Positions 23,428 through 34,799 of a stretch of 64,000 nt of DNA are shown piece by piece; within the stretch, counting starts at the first letter, position 1; every line of letters starts with the position of its first letter. Origin of the DNA: an uncultured Acidimicrobiia bacterium (GTDB lineage: Bacteria; Acidobacteriota; Terriglobia; Versatilivoradales; Versatilivoraceae). Made by a program: the position numbers and the translations under genes. The notes under the pieces are model-generated. The model was not told where the DNA came from, ran no database searches, and saw only the letters and a program-made list of their open reading frames with translations. Where the stretch lies: positions 384,001-448,000 of the forward strand of contig CAWBAT010000005.1 in assembly GCA_963786955.1 (NCBI GenBank). The letters run 5' to 3'.

Positions 23428-23516
23428 CGTATCTTAGGATGGGCGCCGCGTGAGGTTGGGGCTTTGAGAAAGCCCCAAGCCTACAAAGGTGTAGGCCGGG
23501 TCACTGACCCGGCGTT
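23428..23516. repeat. GTAG-type REP cluster (GCCTACAAAGGTGTAGG)
   Basis: Shares CGTATCTTAGG.TGGGCGCCGCGTG and GCCTACAAAGGTGTAG with 26922..26972. Confidence 0.65.
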
Positions 23517-23550
23517 AACGTCATCGAATTTCTGAGAGGCAGTACCTAGG

Positions 23551-25458
23551 CTAACGGGTATGGGCTTCTTCAAGATAGGTATATCCATGCAGTCCAGACT
23601 CGTAAAACCGCAAAAATAGAGCCGACTCTTCCACCGTGATTTTTCGATCGCGGACTGCGCGTTCCACGTCTTTTCGCATCAGGGCCAACAATTCATCCGA
23701 GTTGTATTGAACGTACTTCAACACTTCGCTCACCGTGTCTCCCTTGACGACATGGTCGACGCTGATTTGCCCGTCTTCCTGAAGACTCACGTGCACGGCA
23801 TTGGTATCCCCAAGCAAATTGTGTAAGTCGCCGAGAATTTCCTGATAGGCACCGACCAGAAAAACAGCGAGGTAATAGTCGTCCCCGTTAAAGGGATGGA
23901 GGGCCAAGACTCTCTTGACATCATGGAGATCAATGAAGCGGTCCACTTTGCCATCAGAGTCGCAAGTAATATCCGCCAAGATCCCCCGTCGCGTGGGTTT
24001 TTCCGCCAAACGATGAATCGGCACCACGGGAAAAAGCTGACGGATGGCCCAGCTATCCGGCATGGATTGGAAGATTGAGAAGTTGCAGAAATAGGTGTCT
24101 GAAATAAGACTCTCGAGATTCTTGAGCTCATCGGGAACATGTTCCAGTTCGTCCACGATCTTCAGAATCTTGCTACAGATAGTCCAATAAAGCCCCTCTG
24201 TGACACTTCGCTGCGTGAGCGTCATATACCCAAGGTTGAAGAGGTTGAGAGAGTCCTCCCGAAGTTGGACGGCGTCGTGATAAACCTCGACAAAATTCTT
24301 TTTTGAGATGTTCTTGCATATCCAGAATAGATCCGTCAGCGGTTGAGGACTATTTTCCGGCAGCGACTCCGGCGATACAAAGCTGTCAAACCCTGACACC
24401 CCGAGAACGTTAAAAACCAGAACGCTGTGATAGGCCACCACGGCTCGCCCGGATTCGGAGATAATCGTGGGGTGCTTCACTTTTGCTTCATCACAGATGG
24501 ACTTGATGCGAAAGACAATATCGTTGGCGTATTCCTGGAGGGTGTAATTGACCGATGACTCAAAATTGGACTGAGAGCCGTCATAATCAATCCCTAGGCC
24601 TCCGCCTACGTCCAGGTATTCAAGCCCCGCACCGGCCCGATGCAGTTCAACATACACCCGCCCCGCTTCGGTGAGGACTTCCTTAATCTTCCGGATATGG
24701 GTGACCTGGCTCCCCATGTGGAAGTGCAGCAACTTCAAGCAGTCTGCCATCTCCCGTTCACGCAAGTAACTTAGCGCAGCCAGAACTTCAGTGACCGTCA
24801 ACCCGAACTTTGATCGATAACCGGCGGAAGACTCCCATCTTCCGGCACCGCGGCTCGCCAACTTAACCCGGACGCCAATTTGCGGCTTGACTTCCAGTTT
24901 CTCTGCATATTTGACAATGAGTTCCAGTTCGGTAAATTTCTCGACAACCGGGATGATGTTCTTCCCGATTTTTTGCGCCAGAATGACCATTTCGATAAAT
25001 TCGTCATCCTTAAATCCGTTACAAATGATGGGAACGTCTTTGCCATTTGTAATCGCCAGCACGGCCAGCAGTTCAGGCTTTGAACCTGCTTCCAGACCAA
25101 AATTATAAACGCTGCCGAAATCTAAGATCTCCTCAACAACATGCCGCTGCTGATTTACTTTAACGGGATACACACAGCGGTAGTCGCCCTGATACTCAAA
25201 TTCGGTCCTGGCGTTTTGAAAAGCGTCGTGGATTTCTCCAAGCCGGTGTTTCAGGATGTCCGTGAATCGAATCAAGATCGGAAGATCTATCCCGCGGCGC
25301 TTCAACTGCCCGACCAGATCTTTTAAGTCGATCGAGTGATCCGTCCGCTTGTCTGGATGAACGGTAATGTGACCATTCTCATTGACTGAAAAGTAGTCTT
25401 TCCCCCAGTTGTTGATGCTGTAATAGTCGATAGAATCCTTAATCGTCCAATTTTCCAT
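23551..25458 (-). CDS. speA: Biosynthetic arginine decarboxylase
   Basis: YPVKVNQ, GLEAGSKPEL, CNGFKD, SKFGL, HFHMGSQ, DVGGGLG, DITCDSDG, GAYQEILGD.HNL. Confidence 0.96.
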   Translation of the reverse strand: MENWTIKDSIDYYSINNWGKDYFSVNENGHITVHPDKRTDHSIDLKDLVGQLKRRGIDLPILIRFTDILKHRLGEIHDAFQNARTEFEYQGDYRCVYPVKVNQQRHVVEEILDFGSVYNFGLEAGSKPELLAVLAITNGKDVPIICNGFKDDEFIEMVILAQKIGKNIIPVVEKFTELELIVKYAEKLEVKPQIGVRVKLASRGAGRWESSAGYRSKFGLTVTEVLAALSYLREREMADCLKLLHFHMGSQVTHIRKIKEVLTEAGRVYVELHRAGAGLEYLDVGGGLGIDYDGSQSNFESSVNYTLQEYANDIVFRIKSICDEAKVKHPTIISESGRAVVAYHSVLVFNVLGVSGFDSFVSPESLPENSPQPLTDLFWICKNISKKNFVEVYHDAVQLREDSLNLFNLGYMTLTQRSVTEGLYWTICSKILKIVDELEHVPDELKNLESLISDTYFCNFSIFQSMPDSWAIRQLFPVVPIHRLAEKPTRRGILADITCDSDGKVDRFIDLHDVKRVLALHPFNGDDYYLAVFLVGAYQEILGDLHNLLGDTNAVHVSLQEDGQISVDHVVKGDTVSEVLKYVQYNSDELLALMRKDVERAVRDRKITVEESALFLRFYESGLHGYTYLEEAHTR

Positions 25459-25679
25459 TCTTGGTTAGTTTCCGTACCTCCGCATTTAAGCAAAAACAAT
25501 TGAAAATAATTGCGGTCAGGTTTGAATCCACAAGGCCCAACCCATTAAAGAGCCAATCTTCACCAACAGCAACAGAAAAATGGTCCAATCGTCCAATCGC
25601 GATCACGAGCAAACCAATGGTTGCCGTTCGTGACATCCGATTCTGGGCAGTCAGCAACGATTCATGGGGTTCAGCCGAA

Positions 25680-26264
25680 TTACATCGGACGCGGTATCGA
25701 GATGAGCAAGCCGGAAACGAAACCAATCACAACGTTGATTACAAGGATGACCACGGCAGCCACAACCATATACGGAATTACCTTTTCTTTCGGGGTCTTC
25801 ATGACGTGTGGCAATCCCAGAAAAAAGAGATATATGCCGTAGAGCCCGCCGAGAATACTCAGGACATTGAGGACCGGTATAAGGGCAAGAACTCCGGCAA
25901 CCCACGCGGGTGTCCACGCGTAGGCTACCAATTTCAAGGCCTGAACGATTCCTCCGCTAGATTGAAAAGTTGGAGCCAGCTGTTGAATAATGATCGCCGC
26001 CACATAGACTCCTACCAGCAAAAGAACATATTGGAGAATCATGCTGGTGAGTCCACTGGGAATTGGAGTCCTGAAAGTCCCGATAAAAGGAATACTAATT
26101 CCCACGATGGTCATCCCGATGAATCCACAGACTGCCGGGATAGCAGCCAATGGGACAATATATTCCTTGTACAATGAGGGGACATCTGCCGTCTCGTTAG
26201 CGATGACCGGCCATTCTTCTTTCGGTTTCGTAAGGATGTTCATGACGCGGCTTTGTAGATTCAT
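25680..26264 (-). CDS. Yip1-domain membrane protein
   Basis: IL.KPKEEW..I, five hydrophobic helices, AY..TPAWVAG, GLP..MK.P. Confidence 0.8.
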   Translation of the reverse strand: MNLQSRVMNILTKPKEEWPVIANETADVPSLYKEYIVPLAAIPAVCGFIGMTIVGISIPFIGTFRTPIPSGLTSMILQYVLLLVGVYVAAIIIQQLAPTFQSSGGIVQALKLVAYAWTPAWVAGVLALIPVLNVLSILGGLYGIYLFFLGLPHVMKTPKEKVIPYMVVAAVVILVINVVIGFVSGLLISIPRPM

Positions 26265-26403
26265 GGTTTCCTCTATTCCGGATTTGAATGGCTTCCGGGG
26301 GCCTTGAGATGGAATGTGATCGATTTTAAAGGATAGACAGGCAGCCAGATTTAAACATTTGGAAACTGAAAATGCAATGGCTATCCGAGCTTTTTACAAA
26401 ACC

Positions 26404-26871
26404 CTACTCGGCTTGGAGTTCCTTGAGGACAGCCAAAAGCTCCTCCGCATGATTCAAGGGATTAACATGACTAAAAATTTTGCGGATTTTTCCTTCGGGA
26501 TCAATGACAAATGTCATTCGGCGAGGCAGCCGGTAAAAAGCAAGTGCGCCATAAGCTTTCGTGACTTTTTTGGTCGTGTCGGCCAAAAGAGGAAAATTCA
26601 AGCGATGTTTGGTTGAAAAGGCCTGGTGCGATCGAGAATCGTCGACATTCACTCCCAGAACTTGGACATTAAGCGCGATGAAGCGATCGATGTTGTCGCG
26701 GAAATTACAGGCTTCTTTCGTACACCCGGGAGTTTGATCTTTCGGGTAAAAGTAAAGAACAACCCATTTCCGGTTCGCAAAATCCCGAAGAAAAACAAGG
26801 TTCTCGTTCTGATCTTTTAACTTGAGTTCCGGGGCTGGCTGGCCCACTTCGATTGAATTATTTTCGCTCAT
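26404..26871 (-). CDS. bcp: Peroxiredoxin BCP
   Basis: VVLYFYPKDQTPGCTKEACNFRD. Confidence 0.92.
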   Translation of the reverse strand: MSENNSIEVGQPAPELKLKDQNENLVFLRDFANRKWVVLYFYPKDQTPGCTKEACNFRDNIDRFIALNVQVLGVNVDDSRSHQAFSTKHRLNFPLLADTTKKVTKAYGALAFYRLPRRMTFVIDPEGKIRKIFSHVNPLNHAEELLAVLKELQAE

Positions 26872-26921
26872 TGATTGATCTGGTCCCCGAGTACTTAGCA
26901 CTGCTATTGGCATTACGGCAA

Positions 26922-26972
26922 CGTATCTTAGGGTGGGCGCCGCGTGGGGTCACGCGGCCTACAAAGGTGTAG
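26922..26972. repeat. GTAG-type REP cluster, copy related to 23428
   Basis: Shared sequence blocks as above. Confidence 0.6.
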
Positions 26973-27120
26973 ACTGGCTGGAGATTGGACATTTGTTGGC
27001 ACCCCGGATTCAGTAGCAGCGCAGGCTTCCAAGCTTATATGGGTGGCACGATCGTTCCGTTTCGTCATTTGAAAATAGTTCAATGAAGCGGTCCATTCGC
27101 AGTCCTTCAGACATCCAGCG

Positions 27121-27232
27121 GCCTGAAGGGCCGCCATAATCTAGCCCAGGGCAGAGCGCAGGGGCAGGGCCCCGCAGCGCTGCCCTGGGTCACGATCCCA
27201 ATGAATCATCGGCGCCCTGAAATGGCGCGACA
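27121..27232. repeat. Palindromic element of the GCCCTGAAAGGGC / TAGCCCAGGGC...GCCCTGGG type
   Basis: CCCAGGGCAG..CTGCCCTGGG hairpin flanked by GCC(C)TGAA.GG motifs; similar architecture at 30183..30241. Confidence 0.55.
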
Positions 27233-27759
27233 ACCCGGACGAGAGGTGTGTAGCACTTCAGGGTGCATTAAAGCACCAATAAGTTTCAGAAGTCCGTGTT
27301 GTTGCTTGCCCCGATGATTGTGCAATATTGCGTATTGGGTTGGGGCAAATTAGCACCAGACCGCTTAGAAAATTACTCTGGTTCTTTCTCGGTCGTTTTG
27401 TCAAGCAAACGCATTCATAATATCTCCACCGGGCTTGTGACAGATACTACATAATGAAGGAAGCATAAAGGTCTTTTCTGATATGTGAATCCAGGTCTGG
27501 TAACAAAGGCTAACGGGGCGGCAACCGGGATCACTTTGCTCCGAGCTGCTAAATTTCTGCCTGGTGACGACATTTCCAGGTATCCTTGAGGCGTCTGAAG
27601 GGATTCGCATGTGAAAGAGCCGCGAATTCAGACAATGCTTTTGCCTTGGCCTTGGCATCCAATGTTTGGCCTCTCCAAGCGGGATGGGATTTGTTGAATC
27701 TGGTTAATGCGTAGCAAACGCCATCCGTTCAGGCCATACCCATAATTTAAAGGAGCTCG

Positions 27760-28758
27760 ATGTCTTTTCTAAAGAGAAAGCCGCGGATTGGGATCACTCT
27801 TGGGGACGTGGCCGGCATTGGACCCGAAGTCGCGGTTAAAGCCTCTCTGAGTCCCAGGGTTAAGCAAATTTGCACACCAATCCTGATCGGGGAATCCGCG
27901 ACGATTGAACATTACCTCCTGCAAGTAACCCCTGACAAGAAAATCCAGATCCTTGATGACCCAGATCAAGCGTCGCCAGAGACCGAACAACTTCAAATTC
28001 TCGACTTAAAAAATATCAATTTTTCACAGGTCAGGTTGGGGAAGATTAGCGCGATCTGTGGGAAGGCCGCTCTGGACTATATCCGGGCCGGAGTAGCCCT
28101 CTGCTTGAATCAGAAGCTGGATGCCCTGGTGACCGGGCCCATCCATAAGGAAGCGGCCCAGCAAGCAGGATTGAACGCCCCGGGTCATACCGAATTTCTA
28201 GCAGCGCTCTGCGGTGTACCGGAAGTGCGAATGCTTTTAGTGGTTAACCATCTGCGAGCCATGCATATCACGACTCACTTGAGCCTTCGCAAAGCATTGG
28301 AGTTTGTGAAGAAAGACAGAATTGTCGAGACGATTCGCTATGGCGCCGAGGCACTGAACTCGCTCCATATTCAGCGGCGACGTATTGCAGTCGCTGGATT
28401 GAACCCACACGCGGGAGAGAGTGGGATGTTTGGTACGGAGGAAATTGATGAAGTGGCTCCCGCTGTTAAGGCCGCGCGCGCTGAGGGGTTTGATGTGGAG
28501 GGGCCTGTTCCTCCCGACACCGTTTTTCATCGCATGAATCAAGGAGAATTCGACCTCGTCATCGCCCTCTACCATGATCAAGGACACATCCCCCTGAAAC
28601 TGATGGGATTCGATACGGGTGTCAACATAACGATCGGACTGCCCATCATCCGGACCTCAGTCGATCATGGGACAGCGTTCGACATTGCCGGGACTCTTCG
28701 GGCCAATCCTGAAAGTATGATCAAGGCCGTTGAACTGGCTTGTGTAATGGCGAGCTAG
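27760..28758 (+). CDS. pdxA: PdxA-family dehydrogenase
   Basis: GDVAGIGPE, TGPIHK, GHTEFL, GLNPHAGE, YHDQGHIP.K, RTSVDHGTAFDIAG. Confidence 0.92.
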   Translation: MSFLKRKPRIGITLGDVAGIGPEVAVKASLSPRVKQICTPILIGESATIEHYLLQVTPDKKIQILDDPDQASPETEQLQILDLKNINFSQVRLGKISAICGKAALDYIRAGVALCLNQKLDALVTGPIHKEAAQQAGLNAPGHTEFLAALCGVPEVRMLLVVNHLRAMHITTHLSLRKALEFVKKDRIVETIRYGAEALNSLHIQRRRIAVAGLNPHAGESGMFGTEEIDEVAPAVKAARAEGFDVEGPVPPDTVFHRMNQGEFDLVIALYHDQGHIPLKLMGFDTGVNITIGLPIIRTSVDHGTAFDIAGTLRANPESMIKAVELACVMAS

Positions 28759-30007
28759 AGCAACGGGGCCAATTCTCCATTTCGATCGAGTGGCAACTCT
28801 CCCAGGTTCTCGAGAATCTTGAGGCTACTTCGATTCTGGATTTCGTCTAGGAAAGCTTCACTGGCAATGAATTGATCTAATTTAAGCGTGTTTTTGATCC
28901 AGACGAGTCGGGAACTTTCGGGTTCGGTACCGCAAGTTGAGAAGGCTACTTCGATAGCCTCACGATCCGTATCAAAAGAGGGCGGGATTCGAGCGGCTTC
29001 CACGTTCGTGCTGGTGATGGCATTCATGTACATCGGCTTGTAGTCGATCTTATTGACCAGGCGCTTCGTCACCAAATCCGCCAGCCCAATTCCAACCGCA
29101 TTGCCGTTCGATTCTTCAGTCAAATCACGAACAACAATCCGCGTGAAGAATGGCTTCGAAGGTGCCCCCTCCCTTTGAGTAATCGAGCGTCCAATGACGT
29201 TGGTATCCATCCCCGAACCGCTGATGTTTTTTCCCATCTCGTCAATGACCAGAACATCTCCCTGATCAAATGGAATACGGGCCAAATTGGTTTTTGCGAG
29301 CAAAAGCAATTGCTTCTCCCGCAACTCGATATCCGGCGCGGCAATCGCTTCGATAAAAGCCGTCTCATCATAAGCATTTTCAACAATCCCAAGCCCAAAA
29401 AGAACCTTGCAATTCTTTCCGCACAATCCCAGAGACGCTGCCAATCACGAGGTTGTAACCATATTTGATATTAGCGCGATGATAGATGTTGGCTCCTCGT
29501 TGCTTCCCTAAACCGATCACCATCATCTTGCATAGACCGCTTTCGATCTCACCGTTGAAATCGGTATGGGGTTTTACCCGATTCACGACTACGATGTGAT
29601 CGGCAGAGTGCGCATAGGCATCTACCAAGACTGGGATCCCCTGCTCGGTCTCTCCCACCTGAACAGTTTCCATCGTCGCCTGGATGGGGACACCCATGCT
29701 CGATTCGGTTATCCCGTAATGCTCTAAAACCAAACGTTGCCCTTCAGCGGTTCCGCCTCCATGACTTCCCATGGCAGGAAAGATGAAGGGACGGGTCCTA
29801 ACCCTTTGAGCTCATTAGCAACACTCTTGATGATCAATGCAATGTTGTTGATCCCCCGGCTTCCGCCAGTAATTGCGACGGTGTCGCCAGGCTTGATTCG
29901 GGAAGAAAGGTTCAGTTTGGAGATCTCTTGAGAAATCTTCGCGGGAATATCCAAGATATGGGTAGGATCAAATTTTGCTGCACGCGCAGCACTTTTGGAA
30001 AACTCAT
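28755..30007 (-). CDS. LarA-like/DUF2088 lactate-racemase-domain protein (indels)
   Basis: VAIT.GSRGI.NI, MGSHGGGTAEGQ, NRVKPHT.F, SGL.KM..IGLGK, GKNISGSGMDTNVIGR. Confidence 0.8.
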
Positions 30008-30182
30008 TTGGGTCGCTCCCTATAGAAAGTAAGGCTCATCCTGTATGATCCTGCAGTTCTAGATTCAACCCTAGCGGACTCAGCTAAATATATCACGATT
30101 TCCACGAAACAGGCTGTTCACAACTGATCGTTACCCATAATTCCAATCGCTGAACACAAGGAGTGGAGACAGTCGCGGCGCG

Positions 30183-30241
30183 AGTCCCCGAAGGGGACTA
30201 ACATGAGTAGTCCCGGGTGGCGCAGCCGCGTCACCCGGGGG
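30183..30241. repeat. Palindromic element (AGTCCCCGAAGGGGACT; CCCGGGTGGCG..CGTCACCCGGG)
   Basis: Two adjacent hairpins in an intergenic region. Confidence 0.5.
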
Positions 30242-30274
30242 GAACGTAGTGTCAATTAGCCTTTGGCGAATGTT

Positions 30275-30778
30275 CTAGAAAATCCTGAAGGGACTGGCGC
30301 TCTTCGGGATCGAGCTTTTGCCAGAACGGCATGGTTTGAGCGCCCGTTCCCTTTCTTGGGGAGGCAGATTTTGAACTCGGCGTAACCGTTGAATGATGCG
30401 TTGCCGACGCTCAGGCGGCAAATTCTGCCAGCGCCGCTGGAATTTGCGAAGCCATTCTTGCTGCTCCGGGGTCATTTCACGAAATCGCTTTCCACGCTGT
30501 CGCAATCGCTCCTGTTGATCTGCAGGCAGTGATTGAAATTCTTTCAAGCGCTGCCGAAGCTTCTCTTGTTCCTCAGGGGAAAGCTGTTTGAACCATTTAT
30601 AGCGCTCCTTGAGTTGTCGCCGTTCTTCAGGAGTGAGATGACGCCCCCCGCTGCCCGGATGGACCTCCATGCCAGGCTCTTGGTTACCTTGGGCAAGATG
30701 AGTCACGGTGCCAGCAGGTCCCAGGAGACAGAAGAAACAAACCGTCAAGATTAATCGACAAAATAAATGGAGGCGCAT
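30275..30778 (-). CDS. DUF3106-like periplasmic helical repeat protein
   Basis: Signal peptide and repeated F/W..L.PE.Q..L units. Confidence 0.75.
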   Translation of the reverse strand: MRLHLFCRLILTVCFFCLLGPAGTVTHLAQGNQEPGMEVHPGSGGRHLTPEERRQLKERYKWFKQLSPEEQEKLRQRLKEFQSLPADQQERLRQRGKRFREMTPEQQEWLRKFQRRWQNLPPERRQRIIQRLRRVQNLPPQERERALKPCRSGKSSIPKSASPFRIF

Positions 30779-31422
30779 TAATCTGTAACCTTCTGTTTTG
30801 CAGCGTTTCGGTGATCCGCCACTTCAAAACTGTTCAGAATGTCGTAGTCTTGCAATAGATCCAGGTTTTCCAGCAGGGCCTGGTCCTCTTCAGGAATTTC
30901 CTCCTCTTTGCCCATCGGAGTTTCATTGTACCTTTTGTCCTGGGGAATTCTCAGCCTTGATCGACTCCTGGGTTTGGACAGAGGCCTCGCTTCGCGTGTT
31001 TCCTTTCTCTTTCGAAGACCCGAGATAGCGATCTTGAATCTCAATGACTTTTTGCAAAGTATTGAGCTCTCGATACTGTTGATGGCGAATCCCAATCCAG
31101 ACGCCCGCCGTGGTAATCAACAAAACCACGAGACTCCAAGCATAACGGTCAATCAGCCTTATTCTTCCCCAACTAAACCATTTCTTGCCGCTTCGGTTTC
31201 CAGTTCGTCAAGCCGGGCAAAGAGGCGAGCATCAAAAGATAAGAGAGGGCTCAATTGAAGCGAAATGCCAGGGCGCATGTCAACTTGCTCTTAGATTATC
31301 CAATTCATGAGCACAGATCATGCACCTCGCCGAGATGTTGCTTTATGGAATCCGATTCATCATTTGAGAGCTTCTGAATGCAAATAAGCACCCAGATTTT
31401 CGCGGACTTCTTGACAGGTCAT
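30778..31422 (-). CDS. Membrane anti-sigma factor (zf-HC2-like N-terminus), heavily frameshifted
   Basis: MTCQEVRENLGAYL start, TM segment, C-terminal LLENLDLLQDYDIL. Confidence 0.6.
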
Positions 31423-31440
31423 ATTCAATTTCTCACCGTG

Positions 31441-32036
31441 CTAGGATCGAGCATCCACCATTTCGACGAGTTTCTGACGAAGTGTCGTATAGGCTCGAAA
31501 AATCAGCGATTTTACCGCTGTCTCAGAACACTTTAGAACTTCAGCCGTTTCCCTGAGAGAAAGATCCTGGTATTTGGTCAGAATCACCGCCAGACGTTGG
31601 TTCTCCGGTAAGGAGGCTAAGGCTCCCCGGATTTTTTTTATTTTCTCCGCCTCGATAAGTTGATCTTCTGCCAGAGATTTCCTGTCGGGCAACTCTATCT
31701 GGAATTGTTTTTCAGATTCACGGGTTCTTGATCCAGAGAAGAAGTCAAATGAGCTTTCCGATCCCTCACAAAATTCAAAGCACTATTGGTGGCAATTCGG
31801 TAAAGCCAGGTGGAAAAGGCGGCTTTTGCTTCGTAGGTCGATGCGGACTGAAAGACTTTGATGAACACTTCCTGTGCCAGATCCTCTGACTCTCCCGGGT
31901 TCGCCGTAAACCGGTAGATGAAATTTATCAATGGCTTACGATGCCGTTGAACTAATAGGCTAAAGGCCGCACGGTCCCCTTTTTTAACTCTCAACATGAT
32001 TTCCGCATCCGACGCCTGAATCGCCATAGCCCTCAT
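31441..32036 (-). CDS. ECF RNA polymerase sigma factor (frameshift near 31710)
   Basis: GD..AF..LV.RH, EDLAQEVF, FSTWLYRIATN, LPENQR, AVKSLIFRA. Confidence 0.9.
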
Positions 32037-32339
32037 TTATTAACACGCATGGTGCCCGAAAGTTGCGGAACTCAAGTGCCTTTCTGACCCTATTCCCAGA
32101 TTGGCTCTTCAAATATTCTCTCTTATCGGAATTTTGCATTCAAGGTTCAATCTCGGGGCAATGCTCACATCTGCAATTCCTCGAATGCATGGGGAAAGAA
32201 ATAAGGTGATGCTTTGGAAATGGATTTCCCTCTTTAGTCAATCTAACGAATGACCAATCTACCGCTTGATTTTAGCGGAGTCCAGCGGCTAAGGTGGCGG
32301 CGAACCAGTAGAGACTTTCTTCCCAACGGTGAGACCTAA

Positions 32340-34650
32340 CTAAAACCTCATTTTTAATCCGATTTGAAGCATGAAAGGTGCGCCATTGTTGTCCACCGGA
32401 GTGGCAGCAACCAGGAATTGGCGATTTAAAATGTTTTCAACAGAGGTGTAAAAGAGGACGGTACGATGAATGGGGCGCGAGAAATAGAGATCCACTACCG
32501 AAAAGCTTCCTAACGGGTACTGGTTGAGATCATCATCGAATTGGTTTCCCACAAAACGATAAATTCCTAACAATTCAAAGGTTCGCGGATTTGAGTATCC
32601 AAAGGAGGCCGTGACCCGATTCAAGGGAACCTGAGGGACGAACTTGGATTCCAAAGATGGATTCGGAGGAAAGTCACGAACTTTTGAATCGGTGTAGAGG
32701 TAATAGACGCGGAAGGTCCAAAAGCGTTTGAAATAAGTCCGAAAGTCGGCTTCGGCCCCTTGGGCGCGAATCTCGCCCACATTTTGGCGCTGGCGGGTGA
32801 TCAGGTTGGGTAGAGTCTGAATCGTAATGTTCGAGACAGCGTTATCGAGTTGATTCCAGAACCCCCCCACCCGAACGAAAGAATTGGCTGCAAGTCTCCA
32901 ATTCAAGCTGCCTTCAAAACCTGTAAGCTTTTCTGGCCCCAAACCATCGTATGGGTTCGTGACGACATTCCCCACCCGAAATCCTCGATAGAGTTCATTG
33001 AGAGTAGGAGCGCGAAAGCTTTGATAAAAAGCCCCCTTCAGACTCAGTGATTCCTTGAGCTGATAGGAGACTCCCGCCCGTGGGACCACAGTGCCGCGCT
33101 GTTGGGATGCAAATGGAGTTTGGGTATGGAGACCGGTCTGAAAAGAAGTTGCCGTGCGCTCCGCATTGTAGTTTGTCCAGCCATCTAGCCGGGCACTAAG
33201 CTGAATCAGCAATCGACTACTCGGTGAGTACAAGTCCTGGAAAAAAAACCCACCCAGTTGTTGATTTCCGCCAGAAACCTGGAAACGGGTAGGATTATTC
33301 GCGAAGTAATTGACTTCTTCGCTGTTGCCGCGAACCAATAACCAGTCGACTCCGGCTGTGATCAGGTGGGTCGGCTTCAACAGCCCAGTCCATTGGACCG
33401 ATGTCCCGACACTTCGAGCCGGAACAACTTGATTCAAGGTGAGTGTTTCCTGCTGCCTGTCGGGCGAAATCGAGGTGAAGTTGCTTCGGAATGTTTCGAG
33501 CAACCCGTAAGCATGGACTTGTAATTCCTTATTATTTGAGGTTTCGTATCGATACCCCGCACGGGCAGAAGTAATCCAGGTGCGGTTTTTCTGCAATACG
33601 GTGCCATTATCACGGTACTCGGCAAATTGGGTAAAATTCAGTGAAACCGATTGGTGGACACTGGGATTATAGAATCCCCCGGCCCTCACAGCATAGTCGC
33701 ACCGAATTGGCGCGATCATCCACCGGTCCGCGGAATTCTTCAGGGACAATGTAATAGCCTTCGGTATTCAGAAAGCTGCCTGAAACATACCCGCTCCACG
33801 GTCCCTTGAGAAAACTTTCCTGGACGTTTGCGGCGGCCGTTCCTTGGGTGCCGCCCAGGATATCCAGACTCCAGCCGATTCTCCTCCGGCACCCGGGAGA
33901 AAATCTGAATCACTCCTCCCAAAGGAGAGCTTCCATATAGGCTTGATCCGCCCCCTGGAGCAACTTCAACCGTATCGAGAATATTCTTGTCCAATTGGCT
34001 CCAATAGATCCACCCGCCAAAAGGGTCATTGAGAGGGGTGCCATCCAATAAAACGAGGGTGCGGCTGACTCCGCTTGGCCCGATGCCGCGAAGGGAAACT
34101 CCCTGAGTCGTTGGATGCGCGACAAGGCTGCTGGATCGACGAAAAAGACTGAAGGAAGGAATTTGCCGTAACGTATCGTCCAGAGTGATCGCAGGCGAGC
34201 GTTGCAATGACGCGCTGTCCATCACTTCCACGTTAGAAGGGACCGACGCCAACGTCTGTTCGGTTCGCGTTGCCGTGACAGTCAGCGTTTCCTGAAGCGG
34301 GCGCGCATCTAAAGTGATCGAGATTTCAGCGAGCTGATCTTGCTTTCGATCACTAAGTTCCGATCCTTGTAGTCAGGATGTTTCACTAAGAGATGGATAG
34401 GTGCCTCAAGATTTGCCGGAATCAGGAATCCCCCATTCTCGCCTGTCTTTTCCCTAAGGAGGATTTTCCCGTTGGAGTCCGTGACCTGGACCGTGGCGCC
34501 TTCAATAGGATTTCCGATGATGTTCATCACGCTTCCTTCAATGGGGGTACGGAAGAAGGGATTTGGGCAACCGCCAAGACCGTGAAGCCGAACCCGTAAA
34601 TGCAAATCAAAATGAGAACGAATAGAGACGCAGGAAGTTTTGTGACAATT
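32340..34650 (-). CDS. TonB-dependent receptor (indels; start uncertain)
   Basis: [49 protein letters not shown]; [11 protein letters not shown]; C-terminal F. Confidence 0.85.
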
Positions 34651-34710
34651 TCCCCCTCACCCCGAGTCCCTCTCCCCTGGGGAGAGGGTAGCCAAAGGCC
34701 GCGTGAGGGG
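34651..34710. repeat. CCCCTCACCCC...CCCTCTCCC..GGGAGAGGG...GTGAGGGG palindromic element
   Basis: Nested hairpin; related copy at 47550..47607. Confidence 0.6.
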
Positions 34711-34799
34711 CAACGACTTGAGGGTGCCCCAAGGTGTAGCTTTACTTCCTGCGTTTGTAATGGTGCAAGACACTTGAGTCTTTCATGAAACTTTTCATC

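Noticed and set aside
27044-27058. Sigma54 promoter TGGCACGATCGTTCC
   Set aside because: Lacks the invariant GC at -12 and has no adjacent gene start
34621-34646. Third copy of the ECF motif (GTCACAAAAC...GTCTCTATT, minus strand)
   Set aside because: Spacer is 7 rather than 10, the second box is mismatched, and it lies in probable signal-peptide coding sequence
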